Assembly: GCA_965199855.1 (NCBI GenBank)
Contig: OZ241326.1
Location: 2,656,001-2,720,000 of the forward strand
DNA from: a bacterium
Lineage (GTDB): Bacteria > UBA8248
Direction of reading: 5' to 3'
Length of the DNA: 64,000 bases
The position numbers and the translations under genes are program-made. The notes under the pieces were generated by a model. The model saw only the letters and a list, made by a program, of their open reading frames with translations, did not search any database and was not told the DNA's origin. Below, in pieces: positions 27,756 to 38,340 of this stretch. The stretch's first letter is position 1. Every line of letters starts with the position of its first letter.

Positions 27756-29711
27756 CTAGCTGATCGGCGCGCCCGGCGAAATCTCCCCGCCCACCTCCAG
27801 GAGCGCGAACTTCTCCCCCTCGGAGGCGGCGAGCACCATGCCCCGCGACTCCACCCCCATCAGGCGGGCGGGCTCGAGGTTCGCCACCAGGATCACCCTG
27901 CGCCCCGGAAGCTCCGCGGGCGCGTAGTCCTTCGCGAGGCCGGCCACGACGGTGCGCGTCTCGTCCCCGAGCGAGACGGCGAGCTTGAGCAGGCTCTTCG
28001 ACCTGGGAATCCGCTCGGCCGCCACGATTTCGGCGACGCGCAGGTCCATCTTCTCGAACTCCCCGATGGAGATTCGCGCCTTCTCTCCGTCCCCTTCGGG
28101 CGCGTCCTCCCCGGCGTCGGCGATGCGCCGCGCCACCTTCTCGCGGATCGCCGCCTTCGCGTCCTCCTCGATGCGCGGAAACAGGGGGTCGCCCGGCTCG
28201 GCGCGCAGCTCGCGCGGCAGCCGGCGCATGTCCATCAGCTCGGCGAAGGGGGCGCGCGCCCAGTCCCCGGGCAGGCCGAGCTGCGCCGCCATCTTCCGCG
28301 AGGCGGCGGGCATGACGGGGGAGAGCATCGCCGCGACGACGCGAATCGCCGCCGCCGCGTGCCAGAGAACGGCGTCCAGGCGCGCCGCGCTCCCCTCCTT
28401 CGCCAGCGCCCAGGGGGCGCTCGCCTCGATGTATTTGTTGGCGGCGGAGACGACCTCCCAGGCGGCGCGCAGGCCGTTCTGAAAGCGCGTCCGCGCCATG
28501 CCCTCCTCGTATTCGCGCGCGGATTCGGCGGCGAGCGCGCAGAGCGCCTCCTCGGCCTCCCCCTCGCCCGCCTCGGCGCGCGCGAGGCGGCCCTCCCGAT
28601 AGCGCTTCACCATGCTCAGGACGCGGCGCAGGAGGTTTCCCAGATCGTTCGCCAGGTCGCTGTTGACGCGGTCGATGAGGGCGCCGTGGGAGAAGTCGCC
28701 GTCCAGCCCGAAGGGAATCTCCCTGAGCAGGAAGTAGCGGATGGCGTCCGCGCCGTATTCCTCGATCAGCCAGTGGGGATCGACCGCGTTGCCGAGGCTC
28801 TTGGACATCTTCCGGCCCTCGACCGTCCACCACCCGTGGCTGAACACCTGCCCCGGCAGGGGAACTCCCGCCGAGAGCAGGAAGGCGGGCCAATAGACCG
28901 CGTGAAACCGCAGGATGTCCTTGCCGATGAAGTGCTGATCCGCCGGCCAGGGACTCCCCTCATGCGTCCCGCCCTCGTCGAAGCCCGGCGCGGTGAGGTA
29001 GTTGCTGAGCGCGTCGAACCACACGTAGATGACGTGCTTCGCGTCCCCGGGCACGGGGATTCCCCACTGAAAGCTCGTGCGCGAGAGGGAGAGGTCCCTG
29101 AGCCCTCCGCGCACGAAGCTCATCACCTCGTTTCTCCGGCTCTCGGGCCGGATGAAGCCGGGGTTCTTCTCGTAGTGCTCGAGGAGCGGCTCCTGGAAGC
29201 GGCTCAGGCGAAAGAAGTAGCTCGGCTCCTCCACCCACTCCACCTCGGCGCCCGTGGGCGCGAGCCTCTCGCCCCCCGCGCCCTCGACGAGCTCGCTCTC
29301 GGCGTAGAAGGCCTCGTCGCGCACGGCGTACCACCCGGCGTAGGCGCCCAGGTAGACGTCGCCCGCCGCCTCCACGCGCCGCCAGAGCTCCTGCACGCCG
29401 CGGACGTGGCGCTCCTCGGTCGTGCGGATGTAGTCGTCGTAGGAGATGTCGAGCTTCTCCCAGAGCTCGCGGAACTTCGCGCTGTTCATATCGCAGAAGG
29501 CGAGCGGCTCCATGCCCGCGGCGCGGGCGGCGCGCTCGAGCTTCTGGCCGTGCTCGTCCGTGCCGGTGAGAAACCGCGTCGGCTCCCCCCGGAGCCTGTG
29601 GAAGCGCGCCTTGGCGTCGCACGCCACCGTCGTGTAGGCGTGGCCCAAGTGGGGCTTGTCGTTGACGTAGTAGATCGGCGTGGAGACGTAGAACGGCTTT
29701 GGGTCGCTCAT
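27756..29711 (-). CDS. metG: Methionine--tRNA ligase with C-terminal tRNA-binding domain
   Basis: STPIYYVNDKPHLGH, GTDEHGQK, KMSKS. Start MSDPKP at 29711. Confidence 0.97.
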   Translation of the reverse strand: MSDPKPFYVSTPIYYVNDKPHLGHAYTTVACDAKARFHRLRGEPTRFLTGTDEHGQKLERAARAAGMEPLAFCDMNSAKFRELWEKLDISYDDYIRTTEERHVRGVQELWRRVEAAGDVYLGAYAGWYAVRDEAFYAESELVEGAGGERLAPTGAEVEWVEEPSYFFRLSRFQEPLLEHYEKNPGFIRPESRRNEVMSFVRGGLRDLSLSRTSFQWGIPVPGDAKHVIYVWFDALSNYLTAPGFDEGGTHEGSPWPADQHFIGKDILRFHAVYWPAFLLSAGVPLPGQVFSHGWWTVEGRKMSKSLGNAVDPHWLIEEYGADAIRYFLLREIPFGLDGDFSHGALIDRVNSDLANDLGNLLRRVLSMVKRYREGRLARAEAGEGEAEEALCALAAESAREYEEGMARTRFQNGLRAAWEVVSAANKYIEASAPWALAKEGSAARLDAVLWHAAAAIRVVAAMLSPVMPAASRKMAAQLGLPGDWARAPFAELMDMRRLPRELRAEPGDPLFPRIEEDAKAAIREKVARRIADAGEDAPEGDGEKARISIGEFEKMDLRVAEIVAAERIPRSKSLLKLAVSLGDETRTVVAGLAKDYAPAELPGRRVILVANLEPARLMGVESRGMVLAASEGEKFALLEVGGEISPGAPIS

Positions 29712-30643
29712 TCTTTCGCGTCGGCTTCCCCGGCGGGCGCGTCCCCGGCCGCGCCGGCTCCGGCGGCGGTCTTGAGAGAATACTGGCCGGTGGGCAGGCG
29801 CGTCAGATCGCTCGCGTGAATCGTCATGAAGTCTCCGGTATCGAGAGCTACGGTCACCTCCTCGTTCAGCAGGTCCTGCCGCACGACGGTGGCGCCGCAG
29901 TCGCAGCCGCCGACCTTCTTCTTGCAGGCGGGCAGCTTCTTCTTCGCCGCCAGGTAGTGGGAATGCTCGAAGCGCAGGCAGCACTTGAGCCGCCCGCAGC
30001 CGCCCGATAGCTTCGCGGGGTTCAGGCTCAGGTTCTGATCCTTCGCCATGCGCACGGAGATGGGGTCGAACGACTTGAGAAAGGAGCTGCAGCAATAGAC
30101 GCGCCCGCAGTCCCCGCAGCCGCCCTTCATCCCCGCCTCGTCGCGCACGCCGATCTGGCGCATCTCCACGCGGACGGAGAGGCGCTCGGCGAGCGCCCTC
30201 ACCAGCTTTCGGAAGTCCACGCGCCCCTCGGCCGAGAAGTAGAACGTCGCCTTCTTGTTCGAGTGGACGTAGCGCGCCTCGATGAGGCGCATGGGCAGCT
30301 TCATCTCCCGGATCTTCGCCCGGCAGAAGTCATACGCCCGCTTCTCGCTCGCCTCGGCGCGCGCGACCTTCTTCTCGTCCTCCTCGGTGGCGAGCCGCGC
30401 CACGCGCGGCAGAGGGGAGGGATAATAGCGCGCGTCCATCACCCGGGGGTTCTCGGACACCTCGCCGAACTCCACGTCCCCGCCGCTCGTTTTGAGCATC
30501 ACCTTCGTCCCGACCCGCAGGCGCAGACCCTCGTACGCGTGGGGGACGGGCCGGGCGCCGAAGCGCGTCCTGACCCCCACCACGCCGATTTTCCGGGCCC
30601 CGGGCGCCTCCGCGCCTCCGTCCGGCGTCTCGCTCTCGCTCAT
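29708..30643 (-). CDS. PSP1/RicT (YaaT)-family protein
   Basis: RVDFRKLV, RQIGVRDEA, CGR..CC, AKDQNLSLNP.KLSG.CGRLKCCL. Confidence 0.9.
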   Translation of the reverse strand: MSESETPDGGAEAPGARKIGVVGVRTRFGARPVPHAYEGLRLRVGTKVMLKTSGGDVEFGEVSENPRVMDARYYPSPLPRVARLATEEDEKKVARAEASEKRAYDFCRAKIREMKLPMRLIEARYVHSNKKATFYFSAEGRVDFRKLVRALAERLSVRVEMRQIGVRDEAGMKGGCGDCGRVYCCSSFLKSFDPISVRMAKDQNLSLNPAKLSGGCGRLKCCLRFEHSHYLAAKKKLPACKKKVGGCDCGATVVRQDLLNEEVTVALDTGDFMTIHASDLTRLPTGQYSLKTAAGAGAAGDAPAGEADAKE

Positions 30644-30650
30644 CCCCGAA

Positions 30651-31673
30651 TCACCTCCCGGCGGGAACCGTCTCCCGCAGCGAATATACCAGAGTTTCGA
30701 GCGTCAGGGAGGGGTTCGTGTTCCCGCTCCCGACGTCCCGCATGGCCGTCCCCACCCTTTCGAGCGCCCTCGTCAGGCCGACGCTTCCCCAGCGCGCCCC
30801 CATCCCGGCGAGGGCCGGCCGAACGTCCTCGTGCCACAGCTCCGCCGCCCCGGGCGCCTCCCGGGCGATGAGTATATCGCGAAGCAGCCCCCGAAGCATT
30901 TCCAGAAAGAGAAGCGTCTCGCTTCTTCCCGCGGCCCCGCTGCCCGCCCTGTTCGAGGCGAGGGTGATGAGCGCCGCCTCGTTCGCCCGGCCCGCGGGCG
31001 CGCTGACCTCCTCGAGAAACCGCATCGCCTCCTCCCTGCGCCCGGCGAGCGCCTCCAGATCGGCGGAGACGGCCACGCCCAGCCTCCCCATGCTGAGGGC
31101 GACGCGCCTCTCCACCTCCGCCTCGCCGCCGCACCGCGCCGCGAGGATGGCGGCCAGATCCGCGCGGGAGAGCGCCCGGAACCTGAGCCTCCGGCAGCGC
31201 GAGACGACGGTCGGCAGGAGCGAATGGAGGTTCGGCGTCACGAGAATCAGAATCGCGTGCGCGCCCGGCTCCTCCAGCGTCTTCAGGAGGACGTTCTGGC
31301 CCGCGGGGGTGAGCGCGTGCGCCTCCTCGATGATGAACGCCTGCCGCAGCCCCTCGTTGGGCCGCCGGTGGGCGCGCCGGACGACCTCCTCCCGAATCGT
31401 CTCCGCCTTGATGGATCGCGCCCCCGCCTCCGGGCGGACGGAGACGACGTCCGGATGCGCGCCCGCGGCCGCCTTCCGGCACGCGGGGCACTCCCCGCAG
31501 GGCGGCGCCTCCTCCGCGCACTGGAGCGCCTGGGCGAAGACGCGCGCCGCGGCCGCCTTGCCGACCCCGTCGGGGCCGTAGAACAGGTAGGCGCCCGCCG
31601 TCCGACCGGAGGAGATATCCCTCCGCAGCAGGTCTAGCGCCGCGTCCTGCCCCCGGATGGATTCCCAGCCCAC
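30651..31673 (-). CDS. holB: DNA polymerase III subunit delta'
   Basis: AYLFYGPDGVGK, CGECPAC, HPD, LLKTLEEP, TVVSRC. Confidence 0.93.
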   Translation of the reverse strand: MGWESIRGQDAALDLLRRDISSGRTAGAYLFYGPDGVGKAAAARVFAQALQCAEEAPPCGECPACRKAAAGAHPDVVSVRPEAGARSIKAETIREEVVRRAHRRPNEGLRQAFIIEEAHALTPAGQNVLLKTLEEPGAHAILILVTPNLHSLLPTVVSRCRRLRFRALSRADLAAILAARCGGEAEVERRVALSMGRLGVAVSADLEALAGRREEAMRFLEEVSAPAGRANEAALITLASNRAGSGAAGRSETLLFLEMLRGLLRDILIAREAPGAAELWHEDVRPALAGMGARWGSVGLTRALERVGTAMRDVGSGNTNPSLTLETLVYSLRETVPAGR

Positions 31674-32329
31674 GCGAATTTCTCCTTCAGAACGGCCGCG
31701 ACCCGCTCGCGCACCTCCTGAATCGTCCCGTCCTCCAGAACGCGAAAGCGCTCCGGCTCGCGCCTCGCCAGCGCCTCGAAGCCCGCCCGCACCCTCTCGT
31801 GAAACGCGAGGCTCTCGCGCTCCAGCAGATCGGGGGACTGCGCCGGAGCGAACCGCAGGAACAGCTGCGCGTCGGCGCCCTCCCCCCGAACGCGGGCGAG
31901 GCTCTTCTTCAAGGGGACGTCGAACAGCAGCGTGAGGTCGGGGACGAGCCCCCCGCTCGCCATCCGGTTCAGCTCGAGCGTCATCCCCTCGTCCAGCCCG
32001 CGCCCGAACGCCTGGTAGGCCGTCGTGGAGTCATGGAAGCGGTCGCAGAGCACGTGAACGCCCGCCTCGAGCGCCGGCCGAATCACCTCCCGCGCGTGCT
32101 GCGCCCTGTCCGCCTCGTAGAGGAGGAGCTCGGCCGCGGGCTCCATGCTCTCGCCGCGGGGATCGTCGAGGAGCAAATCCCGGATTCCCTCCCCTATCCG
32201 CGTGCCGCCGGGCTCGCGCGTGGAGAGCGCGGGGAGGCCCGCCTCCTCCATCCACGCCCGCAGAAGCTCCAGCTGCGTCGATTTTCCGCAACCCTCCACC
32301 CCCTCGAACGTTATGAAGCTGCCCCGCAT
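31634..32329 (-). CDS. tmk: Thymidylate kinase
   Basis: FEGVEGCGKSTQ, REPGGT, CDRF.DST.AYQ. Confidence 0.96.
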   Translation of the reverse strand: MRGSFITFEGVEGCGKSTQLELLRAWMEEAGLPALSTREPGGTRIGEGIRDLLLDDPRGESMEPAAELLLYEADRAQHAREVIRPALEAGVHVLCDRFHDSTTAYQAFGRGLDEGMTLELNRMASGGLVPDLTLLFDVPLKKSLARVRGEGADAQLFLRFAPAQSPDLLERESLAFHERVRAGFEALARREPERFRVLEDGTIQEVRERVAAVLKEKFAWAGNPSGGRTRR

Positions 32330-32397
32330 CGTCCCTCCGGAAACTCCCTGAAAGCCCCCTCCCCGAGAGAGCCTACCACAAGCCGCGCGCGCGGCGA

Positions 32398-33774
32398 TCA
32401 GCGCCCGTCCAGCTTCCGGTAGATGGTGCGCGCGGCGATTCCCAGCAGGCGGGCGGCGGCGCTCTTGTCCCCGCCCGTGTGCCGCAGGGTCTCCAGAATC
32501 ACCCGGCGCTCGACATCGGCGAGCGTGGCGCCCACCTCCACGCTGATGAGCGGCGCGTCCGACGCCGCCCCCTCCTCGCCGGCGCTCCCGCCCCGAGCGA
32601 CGCTCGCCGGCAGGTCCTCCGCCGAGAGCACCTCTCCCCGCCCCAGCACCACGGCGCGCTCCACCGCGTTTTCGAGTTCGCGCACGTTTCCCGGCCAGTC
32701 GTGGTTCGACATGGCGTCGAGCGCCTCGCGCGAGAACGCGAGCGCGGGGCGGTCGTTCTTCGCGGCGAAGCGCTGGAGGAAGTGCTCGGCGAGCAGGGGA
32801 ACGTCGCCGCGCCGCTCCCGCAGGGGGGGCAGGTGGATGGTGATGACGTTCAGGCGGTAGTAGAGGTCTTCCCGGAACCTTCGCTCGGCGACCGCGCTCT
32901 GAAGGTCCGCGTTGGTGGAGGCCACGATGCGCGCGTCCACCTTGAGCGTCTCCGTCCCGCCCACGCGCTCGAACTCCCCCTCCTGGAGGACGCGCAGGAT
33001 CTTCGGCTGCAGGACGAGGGGCATGTCCCCGATCTCGTCGAGGAACAGCGTGCCCCCGTGCGCCAGCTTGAAGCGGCCCTCCTTGCGGCCCGCGGCGCCG
33101 GTGAACGCCCCGCGCTCGTAGCCGAAGAGCTCGCTCTCCAGCAGGGTCTCGGGAAGCGCCGCGCAGTTCACCCGCACCATCGCCCGGCCCGCCCGCTCGC
33201 TCCCCTCGTGCAGGGCGCGCGCGACCAGCTCCTTGCCCGTTCCGCTCTCGCCCAGAATGAGGACGGTCGCCGAGGTGGGCGCGACCTGGCGCGTCATCTC
33301 CTTCACCCGCCGGATCGAGGGGTGGCTGCCTATCATGCCCGACTCGTCCATCAGGCGCCGGAGCCGCGCGCGCAGGTCGGCGTTCTCGCGCAGAAGCGCC
33401 TGCTTCTCGAGCGCCTTGTCCATCGCCTTCAAAACGACCACGCGCTCCAGGGGCTTGGTCAGGAAGTCGTAGGCGCCCTCGCGCATCGCCTCCACGGCCG
33501 ACTCGATGCTGCCCGCGCCGGAAATGAGAATCACCTCCGTCTCCGGGCTTTCGCGCTTGACGCGCTTGAGCAGGCCGATGCCGTCCATGCCGGGCATTCG
33601 GAGGTCGGTGATCACCAGATTCGCGGGCCGCGCCCCGAACATCCCGGCGGCCGTCTCCGCGTCGTGCGCCATCTCGACCTCGAAGCCCTCCTTGGCGATC
33701 ATCTTGCGGAGCGCCTCGCGGCTGCCGCGCTTGTCGTCCACCACCAGCACGCGCGCTCCCTCGCGGCCGCTCAC
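32398..33774 (-). CDS. NtrC/AtoC-family sigma-54 response regulator
   Basis: REC domain (DLRMPGMDG), GESGTGKE, GAFTGA, WPGNVREL, Fis-type HTH. Confidence 0.95.
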   Translation of the reverse strand: MSGREGARVLVVDDKRGSREALRKMIAKEGFEVEMAHDAETAAGMFGARPANLVITDLRMPGMDGIGLLKRVKRESPETEVILISGAGSIESAVEAMREGAYDFLTKPLERVVVLKAMDKALEKQALLRENADLRARLRRLMDESGMIGSHPSIRRVKEMTRQVAPTSATVLILGESGTGKELVARALHEGSERAGRAMVRVNCAALPETLLESELFGYERGAFTGAAGRKEGRFKLAHGGTLFLDEIGDMPLVLQPKILRVLQEGEFERVGGTETLKVDARIVASTNADLQSAVAERRFREDLYYRLNVITIHLPPLRERRGDVPLLAEHFLQRFAAKNDRPALAFSREALDAMSNHDWPGNVRELENAVERAVVLGRGEVLSAEDLPASVARGGSAGEEGAASDAPLISVEVGATLADVERRVILETLRHTGGDKSAAARLLGIAARTIYRKLDGR

Positions 33775-35993
33775 GCCCTCGCCTCCCGCGCCGGGGCGAG
33801 CGGGAGCTCCACGATGAAGGCGGCGCCCGCCCCCGGCTCGCTCTCGAAGCGGACGCTCCCCTTGTGCTCGCTGACGATCTGCTGGCTCAGGGCGAGGCCG
33901 AGGCCGGTTCCGTTGGCCTTGGTCGTGAAAAACGGGGTGAACAGGGAGGCCTGATCCTCGGGCCGCACGCCCGCGCCGCTGTCCGAGACGCGGATGAGGA
34001 GGCGGTCGTCCTCCAGCTCCGTCCTCACCACGAGGCGGCCGCCGTCGGGCATCGCGTCGAACCCGTTGAGGATGAGGTTCTGCACCGCGAGGCGCACCTG
34101 CGCCTCGTCCAGGACGAGGTCGGGAAGATCCGCCGCCAGCTCCCTTTCGATTTCGATCTTCCGGCTCGCCGCCACTTCCGCGTGAGCGTTCAGCAGGTCC
34201 TCGAGCATCTCGCTGCAGTCAACCGGCGCCCTCGCCTCGCTCGGCATCCGCACGAACTTCAGATAGTCGGCCGTCACCTGGCTCAGAATATCGACCTCCG
34301 CCTTCACGGAGCGCAGCAGCGCCCACGCCTCCGAGGTGTCCGCCTCCCGGAACTGCGCCAGCTCGTCGCCGAGCAGCTCCGCGCTCAAGTTGATGGCCGA
34401 GAGCGGATTGCGGATGGAATGGGCCACCTGGGCGCTCATCTTGCCGACAATCGAGAGCCTGTCGCGCTGGAGCGCCCGCCTCTCGAGCGCCTTGCGCTCG
34501 GTCGCGTCCTTGAGATAGAGAATCACCTGCCGCGCCGCGCCGGAGGCGTCGAGAATCGGATAGGCGTAGTATTCCATCTCCATCTCGCGGCCGTCCTCCA
34601 GCGCGACCGTCCTCTCGGCGAAGCCGCGCTCGCCCGTCTCGAACGTCCCGGCGACCAGGGCGCGATCCACGAAGGGCGCGGGCACCCGGCTTCCGGGCGA
34701 CGCCTCCCACTTCTGGTTCAGCAGCTCGTCAATCTCGCGGCCGAGGAGCGCGGCCATCGGGCGATTCAGCATCCGGATGCGGAACGCCTCGTCCAGGATG
34801 CCGATGGCGTCCGCGATGCCGTTGAAGAGCGCCTGGAGCCGGCGGTTGCTCTCCAGCGCCTCCTCGGACCAGCGCATCCTGTCCTCGGCGCGGATGCGCC
34901 TGCGCTCCCTGTCCAGCATCAGGCCGGCGGCCAGAATCACGGCGATGAAGCCGAAGCCCGTCAGGAGCAGCCCCTTTCGGAAGAGGCGCCCGATCAGCCC
35001 GACGAACTCGGAGGAGGGCGCGGTGAGGGCGAGCGTCCACCGCTCCTCCCCCACCGCGAAGCTGCTGAACGCCGTGAGGTATCGGCGCCCCTTCTGCCCC
35101 CCTCCGGGGCGCAGGTCGAGATGCCAGTCGAACCCCGCGTCCTCCTTCTTCATGCGCCGCGCGATTCTCCCGAGCCTCTCATCCCCCAGCCCGCGCGCGA
35201 GGGCAGAGAGCCGGAGTCCCTTCAATCGGGAGATGTCCGGCGCGATGACGATTTCGCCCGTCCCGTCGGCGACCCACGCCCGCCCCCGGCTTCCGGACTC
35301 AACCGGCCGGACGAACGAATGCGCCAGGTCCGCCATGGAGATTCGCGCGTAGAGCCAGTCGCGCGCCCCGCCCCCTTCCGGCGCGTCCCCCCCGGAGGCC
35401 ACGCGCGCCGCCGCGAACAGGGCGGCGACCCTCCCCTCCTCGCCGCGGACGACGAGGAGGCACGCGCCCCGCTTCCGCGCGCAGAGCGGCAGCTTCCGCA
35501 GGTATTTCCGCGGAATCGCCGCGTTCGGCTCTCCCGCTTCCTGAAGATAGCCCACCTCGCTCACGCGAAACCGCCCGCCCAGCCTTTCATACAGGCCCGC
35601 CATCGCCGCCATCCTGCCCGGGTGGTCGGGCTCGATGGTGCGCAGAAAGCCCGCGCTGTAGCGCAGGGACGCGGTGAGCGCCTCCAGGAACGAGGCGATT
35701 CCCTCGCCGGCCTGCTCCGCGAGAAGAAGCTGCCGGCGGTTGAAGCGCTCCTCCGTCTCCGCCTTGGCGTCCGCGTAGATGCGGTAGGAGAGGAAGCTCA
35801 GCGCGCACAGCAGGACGACCGTGCAGGCTATCGTGCAGTACTGGAACTTCCGCCCCGCCCGGCGCGAGCGCGCGATGCGCGAGCGCGCGGAATCCTCCGC
35901 CTCGCGCGCCGGGGGCGAAGGCGGCGGCCTCTCCGGCCCGCGCAGGCGACCGAGCGCCTCCCTCCAGAAACCCCGCGTTCCCTGGCCCGGCAT
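33771..35993 (-). CDS. Membrane sensor histidine kinase (Cache-like periplasmic domain, PAS)
   Basis: Two TMs, AHSIRNPL H-box, NGFDAM, DSGAG, GTGLGL. Confidence 0.92.
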   Translation of the reverse strand: MPGQGTRGFWREALGRLRGPERPPPSPPAREAEDSARSRIARSRRAGRKFQYCTIACTVVLLCALSFLSYRIYADAKAETEERFNRRQLLLAEQAGEGIASFLEALTASLRYSAGFLRTIEPDHPGRMAAMAGLYERLGGRFRVSEVGYLQEAGEPNAAIPRKYLRKLPLCARKRGACLLVVRGEEGRVAALFAAARVASGGDAPEGGGARDWLYARISMADLAHSFVRPVESGSRGRAWVADGTGEIVIAPDISRLKGLRLSALARGLGDERLGRIARRMKKEDAGFDWHLDLRPGGGQKGRRYLTAFSSFAVGEERWTLALTAPSSEFVGLIGRLFRKGLLLTGFGFIAVILAAGLMLDRERRRIRAEDRMRWSEEALESNRRLQALFNGIADAIGILDEAFRIRMLNRPMAALLGREIDELLNQKWEASPGSRVPAPFVDRALVAGTFETGERGFAERTVALEDGREMEMEYYAYPILDASGAARQVILYLKDATERKALERRALQRDRLSIVGKMSAQVAHSIRNPLSAINLSAELLGDELAQFREADTSEAWALLRSVKAEVDILSQVTADYLKFVRMPSEARAPVDCSEMLEDLLNAHAEVAASRKIEIERELAADLPDLVLDEAQVRLAVQNLILNGFDAMPDGGRLVVRTELEDDRLLIRVSDSGAGVRPEDQASLFTPFFTTKANGTGLGLALSQQIVSEHKGSVRFESEPGAGAAFIVELPLAPAREARA

Positions 35994-36320
35994 GGCGTCC
36001 TCCGAAGACGCGGCGCGCTCCCATCCAACCCGGGCGCGGCGAGCGCCCGCGCCTCATTCTAGCGCATCGCGCGGGGGTGACCAGAAGGGCCCGCGCATTT
36101 TCCCGTATTTCGCCCCGGTTTTTCGACGCGCGGGGATTCCGCCGCCCCTGCGGGATATTCGAGTTGCCGGGGATACGAACGCGAGGCGGAGGACGCATCC
36201 CCGCGCCGGTTTCCACACCGGCGGGGACAAGCCTTGAAAAGCCGACGAAGGAAACGCCCCTCCGCTCCGGATTCCGGACTGCGGCGGAATGACGGCGAAA
36301 AACCGCCCCCTCCCCCGCGC

Positions 36321-36349
36321 TTGACAGGCCGGGCTTCCCTTTCTATCGT
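36321..36349 (+). promoter_or_regulatory. Sigma-70 promoter of hrcA
   Basis: TTGACA-N17-TATCGT. Confidence 0.6.
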
Positions 36350-36414
36350 GAACGCGCCGACGCCCCCGGTCGCCGCGCCGCGCGCGGCGGACGCCCAGCC
36401 GCGAGGTTCACGGA

Positions 36415-37464
36415 ATGGACGCCCCGGAGCTTGCCCGCAGAGACAGGGAAATCCTGCGCGCCATCATCAACATCTTCGTGGACACGGGCGAGCCCGTGGG
36501 CAGCCGCACCCTCGCCCGGCGTTCGGACGTCGCGCTCAGCCCCGCCACCATCCGCAACATCATGAGCGACCTGGCCGAGGCGGGCTTCCTCACGAAGCCG
36601 CACGCCTCCTCCGGCAGGATGCCCACCGACCTGGGCTACCGCGTCTTCGTGGACGACCTGATGGACGCCCACACCCTCACGCCCGAGGAGGAGGAGTCCA
36701 TCCGCCTCGACCCCTCCGCCGAGGCGGCGCGGATAGAGCAGGCGCTCGCCCGGGCGACGCGCGCGCTCTCGGAGCTCGCCGACACGGCGGGCTTCGCGCT
36801 CCTGCCGGCGGGCGAGCAGCTGCGCTTCAAGCACATCAACTTCGTGCGGATGTCGGAGGAGAAAATTCTCGCCGTCATCGTCTCGATGAGCGGGGTGGTG
36901 CAGAACCGCGTCGTGCCGATGGAGGCGCCCCTGGACCAGGAGGAGCTGAACCGCGTCTCGAACCTTCTGAACGAGGAGTTCAGCGGCCTCTCGCTCAGGG
37001 AGGCGCGGGAGAGAATTTTCCAGAAGATGGCGGGCGCGCGCGACGGCCTCGACGCCCTGCGCCGGCGCGCGCTCGAGCTGGGCGGGGAGGCGCTCTCGGA
37101 GGAGGGGAGCGCGCGCGAGTCCGTCTTCGTGGAGGGCGCCTCGCGCGTGTTCTCCCAGCCCGACTTCGCCGCCAGCGCGGAGAAGCTCCGCTCCCTCTAC
37201 CGCGCCTTCGAGGAGCGCGAGAAGCTCGTCCGCCTGCTGGATCGGTGTCTGGAGTCCTCGGACATCACCATCCTCATCGGCTCGGAGAGCGACTTCGAGG
37301 AGATGAAGGACTGCAGCGTCGTCGCCCAGCGCTACTACATGGACGAGCGCCCGCTCGGCAGCATCGGCATCATCGGCCCCAAGCGGATGCGCTACGACCG
37401 CGCCGTCTCCCTCGTCGAGTGGACGGCGGATTCCGTCTCCCGCTTCCTCTCCTCGGGCGGCTAG
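36415..37464 (+). CDS. hrcA: Heat-inducible transcription repressor HrcA
   Basis: GEPVGSRTL, SPATIRN.M.DL, PHASSGRMPTD.GYR, IGPKRMRY. Confidence 0.96.
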   Translation: MDAPELARRDREILRAIINIFVDTGEPVGSRTLARRSDVALSPATIRNIMSDLAEAGFLTKPHASSGRMPTDLGYRVFVDDLMDAHTLTPEEEESIRLDPSAEAARIEQALARATRALSELADTAGFALLPAGEQLRFKHINFVRMSEEKILAVIVSMSGVVQNRVVPMEAPLDQEELNRVSNLLNEEFSGLSLREARERIFQKMAGARDGLDALRRRALELGGEALSEEGSARESVFVEGASRVFSQPDFAASAEKLRSLYRAFEEREKLVRLLDRCLESSDITILIGSESDFEEMKDCSVVAQRYYMDERPLGSIGIIGPKRMRYDRAVSLVEWTADSVSRFLSSGG

Positions 37465-37469
37465 CGCCC

Positions 37470-37670
37470 CCGCGAAATCACAAAACCCGCGCGCCCCGCC
37501 GTCATTCCGGAGAAGGCCGGAATCCAGGAAGGTCGGCCGTTCCTCAAAACGGGCGGTTGACGAACCGCCCGCGCCCCGTCAACGAAAACGGCGCGGGACG
37601 CATATATGCGTCCCCTACGGGGGGGGGACGATTCGATTGCAGGGGGCGCATTCTCGCGCCCCATCGGGGA
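37470..37670. repeat. REP-like cluster
   Basis: GTCATTCCGGAGAAGGCCGGAATCC (37501-37525); GGGACGCATATATGCGTCCCCTAC. Confidence 0.75.
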
Positions 37671-37756
37671 TTGGCGTTGCCGCGACGCGCCCGATTTCGT
37701 ATGATATGCGGGATCCTCCGGCGTGAATGCGTGAACCGGGAGCGAGGAGACGGACG

Positions 37757-38233
37757 ATGACGGAGTTTGAGCTGGCGACGACGGCTTTCCAGAACGCGAC
37801 GATTGAGTTTCAGAACGCGACCCTCGAATTTCAGAACGCGGCCCTTGAATTTCAGAAATGGGGGGTCGAGTTTCAGAAGTGGGAGGTGGCGGCGCAGTGG
37901 GTCGTCGGTCTTCTGCAGGTCGCCCTGATCGCCTACGGCCTTCGCCTCATGGAGCGCGGCGGCGCGCGGCGCGCGGCGCTCTCCGAGCGTCAGCACGAGG
38001 AGACGATGGCGGCGCTCGCCGAGGAGCGGGCCGCCTCGGAGCGCAGGCACGAGGAGGCGATGGCCGAATCGGAGAAGCGGCACGAGGAGGCGATGGCCGC
38101 GCTCAAGCGCCAGCACGACGAGACGATGACCGCCCTCGCCGGTGAACGGGAAGAATCCCAGAAGCGGCACGAGGAGGCGATGACCGCGCTTACCGAGCTC
38201 ATCAGGCGGACGGGGGGCGGGGGAGGCTCCTGA
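37757..38233 (+). CDS. Hypothetical membrane-anchored repeat/coiled-coil protein
   Basis: GAGGAG RBS; heptads (A-x-x-EFQN/K) x5, one TM, then R/Q-HEE-x-M-x-AL repeats. Confidence 0.7.
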   Translation: MTEFELATTAFQNATIEFQNATLEFQNAALEFQKWGVEFQKWEVAAQWVVGLLQVALIAYGLRLMERGGARRAALSERQHEETMAALAEERAASERRHEEAMAESEKRHEEAMAALKRQHDETMTALAGEREESQKRHEEAMTALTELIRRTGGGGGS

Positions 38234-38340
38234 GAAGGGAGAGCCCGCGAGCGGCCCCTCCCGCGAGGGCGGCCGACGCGCCCCGCTTCATTTCACCACG
38301 CGTCCCGCCGGAGCCGGCGGGCGGGAAGGAGACTTCTGAA

